A DNA stretch of 63,921 nt, the filler included, from Collodictyon triciliatum (Eukaryota): NCBI GenBank assembly GCA_043381765.1. It is 3 parts of 3 records of this genome, joined end to end, with 100 filler letters (N's around TTAATTAATTAA, not from the genome) between each part and the next. Parts side by side here need not be neighbours in the genome. Positions count along the whole stretch, not along the records: positions 48,797 to 63,921 come from JBHJMP010001106.1; 2 more parts are not named here. One strand, 5' to 3'. Both the position numbers and the translations under genes were made by a program. The notes beneath the pieces were generated by a model, which worked only from the letters and a program-made list of their open reading frames with translations, was not told the DNA's origin and made no database searches. Positions 51,442 to 63,921 of the stretch are shown one piece after another (the first letter of the stretch is position 1; each line of letters starts with the position of its first letter).

Positions 51442-54400
51442 TCAAGAATGCTCGGCTATGGCCTCCTTCACCAACACCCTCAATTGCGGGAAGTATCCCG
51501 CGTGGCGTGTCTCCGGAAACTCTTGGTAAATCGACTTAAGTATATGAACGAAGCGGTCTGAATCATTCAAATTCCTAGTCTGCGATGCCATGTTCGATAT
51601 CTGTCGAACAATAAGTGCAGAAGAACCAAACGAAATCGTGGTGTTTGCGTCGATTACTGGAGGTGTTGAGAGAATGCGAAGTTCGGAGTCGGCTGGATAT
51701 TCTTGTAACATAATAAGGATTTTGGTTAGGGATTACAGATCCTGTGCAAATATCTTTTCTAGGTGCCAACGAAGAAAGTTCTAATCTACCCTTACTTTTG
51801 TCGAATATCTGGCTCAACGAATCGCGATAGAAACCTTTGTAGGCATCAAATCTCCTAGCGACATCGATCTTTGGGTATAAAACATCATTTGTTAAGATAA
51901 CAAGAAAAGAATATCAGAATGACACCACATACATACATACATACATACATACATACATACATACATACATACATACATACATACATACATACATACATAC
52001 ATACATACATACATACATACATACATACATACATTCATGCATAGTGAAGAATGCGAATCATTCAAACGGGCTTTCACGTATTTCTACCTCTGATGGCGTG
52101 TGACGCTTTGTAGAAACTTTTCCTGAAGAGCAGTCTTCGAGTTCGTTTAGTGGGTGCTGCGGGAGATGATTGCTAGCCTCTGACGAAGAGTCGGATAACT
52201 TTGGATACTTATGCGTGTTCACATTACCCTTCATCGAATGGGTTGGTAGAAATGGAGGATTTGTTTTCCCAATCAAATATGCAGGAGCGGCACAGTTATC
52301 CTCTTTGAGGGCTACACAGGATTATCAATATTATTGTTATATGTGAATGTGTTTATTGTTTTCTTCGTCATGTATTACATGCGATTCAGTTTGCAATTCA
52401 AAAGATATTTGAATAAGCAATCCTAGGAGGTATGTGAGATGTGAAAGAAATTCAAATGGTGTGCAATTAACAAAGTGATAAAAGCACACCTTCGTCCTGC
52501 AACACCGCTAAACGTTCAGCTTTTTCCAGAAGTTTTCGTTGTAGTTTTTGTGCTGCTTCATACTGCGGAGTTAAACTATTCGGTATTGTAGTTTGACAGA
52601 CCACTCTACAAGAAAAAGAAAAAGAAAAAGAAAAAGAAAAGAAAAAGAAAAAGAAAAAGTGAAAGAAAAAGTGAAAGAAAAAGAAAAAGAAAAAGAAAAA
52701 GAAAAAGAAAAAGAAAAAGAAAAAGAAAAAGAAAAAGAAAAAGAAAAAGAAAAAGAAAAAGAAAAAGAAAAAGAGAAAGAAAAAAGAAGTTACCTAATGA
52801 CATTTTTGAATGCTTTCGTTTCGGTAGAGTCTGAAGAGGATTGTTCTAACTGCGTTTGCGTGTACTGTTGCTGAGACCTACTATATACTGCTTTTGTTTG
52901 TGTAGACTGGTGGAGTATTTTTGATGGTTTTTGCTCTACTTTAGGACGGCATTGGCACGCACATCCTGAGTGAATCTGACCAGTTTTTTGTGAAATTTGT
53001 GTAATTTCTTCAATAATACTAGGAATGACTTCGGAAATGTAATTGGGTAGTATTTGTGACAACATAGTCTGCACAATCCTGGGTACCTTTTTCATGTTGT
53101 CACATTTCAAAAAATGATTAGTTAAGTATGAAGTCGTTCGTTGATGATATCAATTCTCCTTTTTGAAACGGTTGATGCATCAAGTCAATATTATAAATAA
53201 AAGAAATTCATATATACATGCTTGTTAATTGTCTCCGTTACGATCTTATCGCAATAAGATATGCAAAAATCTGGAATCTACATAATTAAGATATATCCTT
53301 AAATGAAATACGTCGATCTTCACAAATTTAAGAACAGCTCTCCTGATAAATTTCGTATATTCTCATGAGGAATTGGTTGTCAGTGCATATCCCATCTTAA
53401 AACAAAGAAAAGATCGGAATGTAGAGAAATTACCTGACGCTCTATTCTCTGCTCATATCCATTAAGACTTGATTTTATTTGTGGATTGATGATTGACTCA
53501 GTGACATCGCGCTCCCATTGAATTAATTTCTGATCTAGCATCTATTGTATTTTGTATTATGTTCATTAAAGGACAACTCACTCTTACATAAGTTGAAAGG
53601 AAGAATAAAATTTTATTGGTGTATTCAATATAAGCATTCTCTTTAAAAATTGGCTGAATTTCTTAGATTTGATCCGATGAGTGGGGGTTTCATTAGGTAT
53701 AGAATGCAGTGGGGAAAAAAAACGGTATATTGATTTTTAAAAGAAAAATAATTATGGAGAAAAATACTATGTTAATTGACCGTTGTAATGATTCTACACC
53801 AAGGTTGTAACTAAAAAGAAATAAGATTCAGTTGCCACTTATATTTGAAAGTGCTGTTCATCCTTATCGAAATATTTCCTTGTTCTGAACTATGGCACGT
53901 CATTTTGGAAAAAAAAAATAAGGAAGAAGAATGAGGGGAAAAAGCGAAAATACTCTTCCATCTGTCGTTGAATGTTTTCAAGAATCCTTTCTGAGGATGT
54001 TCTCTGTGAAGCCAAATAACTTGCGTTGTGCAAACTATTTGTATGGTACTGCTCGAATGATGATTGGGGATGATGATTATGATGAGACAAGGGTACCCTT
54101 TCAGCGACTGGCTGAGACAAAGTGACAGAGACTCTTTCCACCTAGTGAATAATATTTGTAAAGAGGAACGAAGGATATGAAAACGATATCAGATGACATG
54201 ATAAACTATGAACAAACATATGCCTGATGCGATACAAAAAGAAAAAAAAGAAGACAAAACAACAAACAACTAAATACACTCAAAAATCAAAATGATCAAA
54301 TAGAGAAATTATTAAATGAAAAAAAAAAAAGGACATCAGCATACCTCTTTCTGCATCGCAGCAAGTGTCCTGCGCATTCCCTCACTCTGGAGAGAATCCG

Positions 54401-55178
54401 AGAATTGGAACGACGTTCCTGATGCATCATGGTTGGAAGCACCTTCGATGGGGCTGACAGAACCGATGTTGAATGACTGAGAAGAGACATTCGCTCGGTG
54501 GCTGCGCCGCACCTCGTTTGGGGCCACTTGCAGGTCGGTGGTGGAGTCACTTTGGGTGCGAATACCGCTGCTTGATTCTGTGGATGGCTGAAGCGGGCCG
54601 TGTGTCTGGTCTGTCGCGGTGGGCATAGGTGGGTGAGTATTGCTGGCTGTGCGACGTTGTAGACTCTGCAGTCGGAGCGTCTCACGAGCAGGCTGGCCGG
54701 CAAGGGAGTCGAGGAACTTGACGCGGGCTGCACTGGACGGGAACGGCGTGGGTTGCTGAGCCCGGTCGGAGTCTGTTCGGCCTGGGTTCTGGGGATAGAG
54801 CTGCGGTTTGGAGCCGGTCGAGTGTGAAAGCGAGTGCGACTGGTTCGGCTGTGAAGATGGCGTCGACTGCGACTGTGTCTGTGTCTGTGACTGCGACTGC
54901 GACTGCGTCTGTGAGCGCGACTGTGTTTGTGACTGCGATGAAGAATGTGAGGACTGAGGCGCAGGAGAGGGCGCGGCTGGAATGGCGGTCAACGAGGCCG
55001 TGAGGATGGGCGATTGGCTGTGTGACTTTGCCCCGGACGAGCTGCCCGCAGCAAAGTAGTGGGAGTCGAGTTGGCCAGAGTGCGAGTGCGCGCCTGTGGA
55101 GTCACCGAAGTAGTTGAGGACCGAGGTATCTCCGTCGGCCGGGGCGTCGGTTGCAGCGCGGCTTCCCACAGATATCAT
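51442..55178 (-). CDS. Uncharacterised multi-exon protein with a Ser/Gln-rich N-terminus
   Basis: GC-rich first exon of ~280 codons ending GAG|GTATGC. Further exon-like ORFs at 54141, 53085, 52310, 51870 and 51600. It could be continuous with the downstream gene. Confidence 0.6.
51927..52034. repeat. (ACAT)n microsatellite in intron
   Basis: Direct reading. Confidence 0.9.
52609..52788. repeat. (GAAAAA)n microsatellite in intron
   Basis: Direct reading. Confidence 0.9.
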
Positions 55179-55191
55179 GGAGTAGTGTTTT

Positions 55192-55227
<36 letters not shown>

Positions 55228-55772
55228 TTTCTTTTCCTTTCCTTTCCTCTTCTTTTCGCTAGTTCTTCTTTTTCCTTCCTTCGTTCTTTCTTTCGCCTCT
55301 ACCAGGGAATAACTCTAGGTGAAGGTTATATGAGCGTAGGGTAGATCAACCGTTTATCCCATAGTTTTTCTGTCTGTTCAACTAGTTTTCTTTTTGAAGG
55401 AGGAAAAAAAGCATATGTATATGCCTTCTTCGACTATTGCCTTTTCCCTTGTGGAGTTTGCCCGCTCACGCATCAGATTCTTCATCTTTTGTTTGGATTA
55501 CATCCTTTCATTTCTTTCTCATAAATACTTTATTTTTTCTTGTTAGATTGTTTCACTTTAGTTTTATTACGCCCCATGCCAACCTTTTACATGTGTTTTG
55601 GGGTTTAGTTGGGGCGTTTTACACTTTTTTATGTATTTGTTATACGTTTTTCTTTTTTATTGGATTTTTTTTTTTAGAAAAAAAAAGGTTTTACTATCAG
55701 ACGGTAGCTGCCACAAAAGATAGCTAAAATGTGAATAATGAGTGTAGCTTAGAGACCTCAAGTGCAAGACTC

Positions 55773-58535
55773 ATGAGTAGATCGATACGCCACACAACGC
55801 CTTCCAGAACTGCGAGAAGGTCTCCAATTCTGTGTTAATATCCAAAGAAATACAAAGATATTTCTTTCTCTGCACCCACCTCTTGTTTTTTTTCCCCATC
55901 CTATTACTTATGCATTAATGGCCGTTACGGTTTGTAAAGTATGTAATGAAGTTATTTCTATTATCACAACACAGCCACGGATTACAAGGCCCGAGTTTAA
56001 CAACACCAAGCAACTCTGAAAATATGCAAACTGCCGAAGCGAATGACAGAAAATGGAATGTAAGTTCTTTGAATTAAAAATAAATATATGGAGAGGCTTT
56101 CCTCGTATATAAAAGTATATAAATACCAAAGAGTATTTCAGCTTCACTCTTTCATAATTATGTAACACACATGCATATCACTTCATGGTACGTTTAATAT
56201 GTTGTAAATATCAAAGGAGATGATTAGGGAGAAGGATAAAGAAATCGAGTCATGTTTATTCAAGGTAAATAATTGTCGACTATTATATTCAGTTTCATAT
56301 ATGACCGTATGTGAAAGCGAGTACTAAAATTTAAAATTAGAAAATAAAACTAAAATAAAAAATAAAAAATAAAAATAAAAATAAAAATAAATCCCAAAAA
56401 ACAAAAAAAACAAAAAAAAACAAAAAAACAAAAAAACAAAAAAACAAAAAAACAAAAAGACAAAAAAGACAAAAAGATAAAGAAAAACCCTTTAACTGTA
56501 TAATATAAAATGGACTATATATGCCATTCTTTTCATATATTGTCGGTAAAATTGGTGTTTTTTTTATTTTATTTATCATGTCAAATAATTTGAGTCCAAT
56601 CCACCGACATTTCATGTAGATACAACAGTTGGCTACAGAGATATCAAATTTCAGGTTGTTCATCGATTCAGTAGACCTTTGGGCGGATGAGGATCACCCA
56701 AAAATTAGTTGCACGAGAGTTACATTGGCAGATTGTGATGGAGTTCCAAAAATGTTGCAATTATCGAAGCCAAAGGATTCTGCTTCATCAAAATTGAAAG
56801 AATTTCAAGAAGAAAGGTTTTTCTACAATCAAAATCTTATTGATATTCAAAACCCAATACCCTCCCCACCCTCATAAGTTACGTAGTTGGCACCCACATA
56901 AATACAATATTTTACATATCACCCATGAGGTAGAAAGAAAACCACAACCACAATTCGTTTGTGCGATATCCAGAGGAAAGATTTGGAAAGATGTTTTTTG
57001 GAGCATGTTGCATACATAGATCTTTTGCGAGACGGAATCAGATACACAAATATGAATTCCTTGGCTAGCCATGATCAAGTATGCTATCTTTTTTCTTCAA
57101 TTATTGCTATTAGCCAGCCTTAATATTATATTCTTTTGAATTCATATTCGTGATTTTATCATTTACAATATTATTGTGTAGTACTACGAAAACACTTTGA
57201 TCATCGCCCAGCAAAAATCCAATATTAAATCATTGAAGGAAGAAATTGCGAAATACAAATCAAAGACGAAGTATACTCTCTTTAATCAAGTCAGGATTTT
57301 GCTCTCGAATTCTTTTTAATTCTCTTTTTTTAAAACAAATAAATAAATCAAATACAAAAATCCCAGGGAACTAGAATCTGATATCGCAAAAATGAAACAT
57401 GTTCGTATCCAAGATACGTAAGTTTTGTTCGAGAAAAAAAACTGAAATAAAAAAAAAACACAGACACAATAAATCATTCCAGTAATTCTTCCTTCGGGCT
57501 TAATTCACAGGTCTGAGAAGGTTTCGAAACTAGTCCATCTGGAAGAAAATCTCTTTAAGCACCAACAATCTCAAGAACAAATGGAAAACGAATTGAGGTC
57601 ACTATCTGCCGAGAAATTCGTACGTTTCTTTCCAAAATACCTTATTATGATAAAGGCGAATGTTCCTTTAATGATACAACCCTTATAAATCTAATTTTTT
57701 TAATGAAATTTGTTATTCATTTGAACTATGAAGGCGCTGGTAGAATATGTCGAGGAGCAAATTTCATCGATAAACAACTTGGAAAATGAATTAGCCGAGT
57801 CGAAAAGGAAATGCTTGGAGCACGAGTCTTTATTGAAAGATTACAGTGAACTCTCAAGCAGATGCAAAGATATGGGAGAAAAAGTGTTTATTTATCATGA
57901 TGATTTGAAACAAAAGCATTGACATTTTTTTCCGAAATGATTTCTATTATATATCTAATATTCAGCGTTATATTTCTTGCCTTTGCTTTCAAATTTTTCA
58001 TTTTTTTTTTTACTTTTATCTTTACTTATTTTTTCCTTGAATTATTAGATAACAGTCATCGAAGCAGAAAGAGATAACTTGCATCAAGTTAATTCCAAAC
58101 AATCAAGAGAGATTGATACCTTAAAAGTACCGCTTTTCGATAGAAATATTGCTTGTTATCTAATAGGCGTATATGGTGGTTTCAGCATAATTTATTTTTA
58201 GGCATCATTAAACGACAAAATGGAGGAAATAAACGGGATGAATGGATTACAAGAAGACTTTGTGAAGATCTTACAAGCAGCAAGATTGGATAAAGAAGTC
58301 TCCCTTTTTTCTAAAACCATTTCTGAAATACTTCTCAATACAACATTTTTTTTTACTGGTATCACGAAAACTTTCAATAAAATTATAACAATAGACCTGC
58401 TTTCCTTACCCAATTAATATTTAGACATGCGAACAAATAATAAGCCAGTTAGAAAGCCGAAACAAAACTTTGGAGGTTGATTTTGTATCCTCGTTGAGCC
58501 AATATATTTAAAAATAAACATAATAGACCTTCTTA

Positions 58536-58633
<98 letters not shown>

Positions 58634-61600
58634 GTTTATTCGTTTATTCGTTTATTCGTTTATTAGATGATTAATCAGAGTATCTCGGAAACTTGTAAAA
58701 AGAAAGAGACTGAATTAGAAATCATATCGGATAGGCATGTTAAAAAGCATTTTTACTCTATTATATTAGCTATATGCACATTGCACTCTTATAATTCTAA
58801 CAAGCATTATTGAAACATTTAACTGAATTGGTCGAATACTATGAATTCTTTTCAAAAGGTTCAAAAAATTGAACGAAATCCATGAATCAAAGGTTTCTAA
58901 AATTCTTATTCTTTTCCTTGTTCTTCTAGCTCTTGATGCTGAAGAAGCATTTGAATTAACTTTCGGCCACATAAAATTTCAATAGGTATCAGAACTTGAA
59001 AAATTGAAGAAATCATTTAAGATTCAAGAAAAGAGATCTACAAAGGTTTTTACCGATGTCTGGTCAATATAATTGCAAACTAGTTTTTATGCATTTTACT
59101 AACGGAGAGATTCAGAGCGTAATATAAAGTAAAGGCTTCGATAAATAATTATTGACAGGCCCAAGATTTGGTGAATAAATTAATGACAGAGAAGAATGAG
59201 CTTCATGAGAAGGTTATTATTTATTTTGCAAAAATATTGATTACAATTGGTTCAAGAATCTTTTCTCCAAAATAGATAACAGAACTATCCTCGCATTCGA
59301 TGGGCTACTCGCAGATAAAAACGCAATTAGAGAGTACAATTCAACAATGTGAGATGCTCAGAAAAGTGAGTATTTGGATTAAATGAGCTTGACTTGGACA
59401 TATAAATCTCACGTTGTTATTGTTGACCTCTTCTTAGTTGTTCAATTTCGCACCTAGGACTCTTTTTCATATCAGACCAGTATTAGAGAATTGCAGAATG
59501 AGCTTCATAACGAATCATCGAAAGTCAGACAGCTTGATAGCAAAGTAAATATAAATAATCCTCGAAAAGTAATAAATGTTTGATAGCTTAATGATTCTGG
59601 ATACAGATACAACATTTTGAACGAGAGGCCACCCAATTTCGACACGTAATATGGGGAAACGATTTAGTAATAACAGACAACTTTGATAAGATATAAACTA
59701 TTTTTAACATCTTATATATTTTTGTGTGTTCTTTTGTAATGGCATATCATACTTCAAAAATTTAAATTAACAAATTCCTTTGAATGCAGATCTCAGAATC
59801 AGAAAAAAAACTTTCGTTCGGTAATGACGGTTTACTTCGACATTATGAAAAGGAGAGAAAAAAGGTATTATCTAAACTTTCATAGGATTCAAATTATAAC
59901 ATATTGAGTCGTAATAATACGCAAATATTTTCCTGCTGTTCGATTATTATTTTAAAAGGGTGAAAAAACATTTTCATCTTCTGATGACATAAATTTAGGC
60001 TTTGGAATTTGAAGAATTGAACACACACAACCAAGCTCGATTTAAAAGTACAGAAACGAAGGTTAAGAAAGGATATACTTCATATCTTTGCATATTTCCA
60101 AAAATTAAAAATAAGTAATCTTATACCAGTTGGCAGAAATTACCAAAAAAGTAATGGAATACGAATCGCTGCTTCAAGAAATGCAAACAAACAAGCGCGA
60201 GGCCTTGGCAGAATACAGCCACATAAGTGAAGAGGTTTTTCATGATACAGCAAAGCTATTTTTTTTTAAAAAAAAATTAATTATCACTGACATCATTTCA
60301 GAAATGTTTTTTTTTTTTTAAAAAAAAAATGCAAATAGCTTCTTAGGCTGCGTTCGGAAAAGGAGGAGTTTTTCTACGAGCAAAAGGAGAAAGAAAAGCA
60401 CATGGAACAGTTGAGGTACCAAAACGAAGAGGTAAATATAATTCTGAATACTTCAATTATTCAATTTTTGGAAAAATTAACACAGTATTTATCCTATAAC
60501 TTAGTTTTTTTTCCCCTTTATTCGATTCAAAGTTATTCTATAACTTAGTTGGAGAAAAAACTAAGATTCGAGCTGGAAAAGAGCAAAATTTCGGATGAAA
60601 AAATGAGTGAGATATCATTGGAATGCAAGAAATTAGGCGCAGAAAATAGGTCACTGCAGAGTAAACTGCATAATTTAGAGACAATGATTGAGAGTGATAC
60701 ACAAGAGACTCCTGATTGGAGGCCTCTTCCCCATTACAATAGTACTGGTAATTTACGAGTGTATGATTCGGTAAGGGTTGAACATACTCATCAAATTTTT
60801 GTAGAACCTAATAAATATGCCTTTTGAATAAATATTCAAGTTTTTTTTCTCAGTTCTTGTAATTTTGAAATTTCACAATAGCTTATTATTTAGTTCTTAG
60901 TCAATGCATGTCATCAATTCCCTTTAAAATATTAATAAAGCATGTATATGGATTCTGTCTTAGAGTGCCACAAACGATGAGTCCTCACTTAGAGTAATTA
61001 AGACATATGGAGACCATCATAAAATGCAGGTTTGTCAAAGCGTGTTTATGTGCTATGAATAACGGAATGAAATACGCTCTCAGTGAAATATTGGTGATAT
61101 TGTCAAATATTAGTCATGGTCTGAGTTGAAGTGTTTTTGCGTAGAAGAATATCCCACTCTTTATTAAGCTTTTTTTTTAAAAAAAATCGTGCTGTAGGTT
61201 CCCCCAATTCAAAACCAAACGAACGGTCCTATATCTACTCACGTAATGCGTATTTCTGAGTTAATATTTCCATGTTTTCATACAAAGTCAAGAAATGAAC
61301 CAAAATAGAAGAAAATTAATAGGAGAGTGAAAGAAAAACTACAGTGGTTGACATAGACGCGGTTAGAACATTTGCAACAATTAAATTTTGGATTTGATTT
61401 TAAAAAATTATAGTATTTGAAGTGTTTCATGGTCTCAGAAACCATTTTTATTGGAGGACTTTAAGTAACACAATTAAATCCTTGCAGATTTTGTATTACA
61501 GCAGGGAAGTGGAAAAGACCGTTCAAGAGCTACGAGAAGATTTACTCGATCTCCAAAAGCAAAATACATCCTTGCATGAAGAGGTTGACTTTTATCGGCC

Positions 61601-63921
61601 TTTCTTTTGTATGTTTAGTCAAGGAAAAAAAATTTAAAAAAATTTTTTTGCACCTAGAAGCGAAAACACGACGAAGATAGAGCAGAATATTTGAAGATAA
61701 TCGAATATAGAGATACATTAGTTTCGGAGGTAATGTAACGTATATTTCTTACTCTGATTTTGTACCTCAAGAGTATATTGATTTTTAAATTACGTATAAA
61801 AAGAGTAACAAATTTTTCAAATAGCTCCATGAGCTTAAAGGTATTTGCGACCGACTTCGATGCGAGCTTGGGTTGAAGGAGGATAACCTAAAATCGTTAG
61901 TACTTATTTCATGATTTTGTTGCTCATCTTTATTCAAGGCCATATAAAAACATAATAATTATCACTATTGTTCGATGCGCATCTCACACTAGATTAGAGG
62001 CCGAAGGCCGGTTAATCATAAAGCAACTAAAGGAAACAATCCATCATCAGCAAAGAGAGGTTCAAATTTTGTCATTTTGTATGATTACACCCAATATTTG
62101 CGTTAGATTACTCTGTTAATAAACTTTCTATTTAGATTTCCCGACTCGAAAATCGACAAGAACCTTATCAGATGAAGTCGAAACATCAGAGGCCGATAGA
62201 AATGCTCAGTCAAAATTCTGGCGCTCATTCAAACGTCTGTGATGCATTCACTAAGAATGAAGTCTTTAATATTTCACTCTATTTGATCTGAACCTAATAC
62301 ATTATTATATTGTATTGTCTCAGAATTGAATCAAAATATTGTATCATTTTATGGCTAAATAATAGATTCATGGGACTAGCTTCCCCGTAAGCGGAAGTGT
62401 GAAGGCAAGAAAATATATGAATCGAACATCCCACAAAAATTTCTCGCATTATTTAATTTCATAAATATTGAATGATGGTAATCCGATACTTGGGTTTCGT
62501 TCATTGGACTAAGTGTTACTACATTGGCCTCACAATAGGATGATGAAATGAAATACGCTCAAGCTCAAGAATTTATTAGAGAATTAGAATCCAATATTCT
62601 GATTAAAGACGATAAGGTCTTTTTAATCTTTAGTGATACATTACATTCACGGGGGATGATTCGAAATGAATTATAGAATATATCCATATGCTCCTTGATT
62701 TATCCTATTCTCTGGCTTTTAATCAAACTATGCTTCGTAGATATCTTCCCTTGCATCAGAACTTCATACAGCCAAAGAAAGGGTTTTACATCTAGAGTTG
62801 AAAAATTCTGAGCTTAAAAATGAAATCCAAGAGTTAAGAAAATTACGAGAGACCTATCAACAAAGATTGCAGTTACTGGAATCAGGTTAGCATATTATTC
62901 TCCTCGGCAGCAATTGATAATACTAAGAATAATTTATTCCGATCAACAATAAATGCGCATCGATTAGATGTTGTTATCCTTTCAAAAAATTTATATTTTT
63001 TTTTTGTGCCGTCAAAGATTATGAAAGAGCTGAAATGATTATAAACGAACTGAAAACACTGAATGCAAAATTGATCCGACATACGTCGCCTAAAAGTGAA
63101 CGAACCCGAGAGGTAACTCAAAAAACGAAACCCTCTTACGAAAATTGAACATACCGCCCACCTGAAAGTCATGTTCACTTTCTTTTTTTCTTTTTTTTAG
63201 GGCTTCAATAAATTTACATATCCTTTGTATGATATCCCTTTATCTAACAAGATTTAAACTTAAAGATTCGAACAGGCATTATCCAGTTGAATACTCCGAC
63301 GAAATTCGAGCAACCAGAACAAAATATGGAATTTTCAGGGTTAGTGTTGCATTTATGACATTTTTTTCCTATGTGAACGATTTATTCAAACAGATATCGA
63401 AAATTTGGAGAATATAAGTATGAGGGAGACCGGTCGATGAAAGACACTACTCCTGGACTAAATGTAAGAAAATGGGGTACTAAAAATGTATTATCACATA
63501 AAAAAAAGTCTTACTTCTGTGTATTCTGCTATATTTATTAGAATTGATTTCTGAATTTAGTATTTTACCGTGTGTTCATTCATATAGCAATACGAATTTT
63601 CTCTTCAAAAGAATCAAGTATCTCCAAACAGGTCACCGGAATCCAGGAGGTTGGTGATATCCTTTCTTTTACTTTATATTCTATACCACAGTATAATAGA
63701 ACTAAACCTGTACATGCTAATTCATATATGACACGAATCGATGAATTACTAAGATATTTCTTATGCTGTCGACCAGAGAGTTCCTCTATGACAGACATCA
63801 ATATCGAGTAAGTAGCTTTCAGTAGCTTATAAAAAAAAAAAAAAAAAAAAAAGGGGTTTTTAAAAAAAAAAATCATTTTTTCATGAATTATAAAAAAGCT
63901 CTCTACCTGGCGCTTCTTTTG
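55773..63921 (+). CDS. Large coiled-coil protein with dozens of short exons, probably continuing past the window
   Basis: Successive short GT-AG-bounded exons encode E/K/L/Q-rich heptads (ALVEYVEEQISSINNLENELAESKRK; LEKKLRFELEKSK; VEKTVQELREDLLDLQKQNTSLHEE). The start is tentative. Confidence 0.75.
58537..58663. repeat. (TTA)n/(TTCGTTTA)n repeat in intron
   Basis: Direct reading. Confidence 0.9.

Noticed and set aside
58486-58495. GTATCCTC as a U12 GT-AG donor
   Set aside because: No U12 branch site near the acceptor, and an ordinary in-phase donor (GAG|GTTGAT) lies 9 nt upstream.

Overview
Intron-rich nuclear DNA from a flagellated microbial eukaryote (BBS2 present, standard code, at least one U12-type AT-AC intron). 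Three contigs are joined by artificial N44-TTAATTAATTAA-N44 linkers at 24308-24407 and 48697-48796. Genes were reconstructed by manual splicing. In order: the 3' end of a GRIP golgin; cytosolic HSP90 lacking a conserved ~35-aa C-terminal-domain segment, head-to-head with DCP2 across heat-shock elements; BBS2; a NEK kinase; a two-domain membrane cyclase with degenerate catalytic residues; a Cys-repeat type I membrane protein; a SIKE/FGFR1OP2-like protein; NAA10; a minimal Pho80-like cyclin; a TOM1/GPR137-like multipass protein; two tandem 4xEF-hand-TKL kinases (one RD, one non-RD) flanking an orphan multipass protein; and several uncharacterised coiled-coil genes. Most notable is an unannotated ~180-nt snRNA-like element at 33288-33464 (closing helix, C/D kink-turn hairpin, Sm site, 3' hairpin) that I could not assign to a known U snRNA. 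Exon boundaries were read by eye and no database searches were run.
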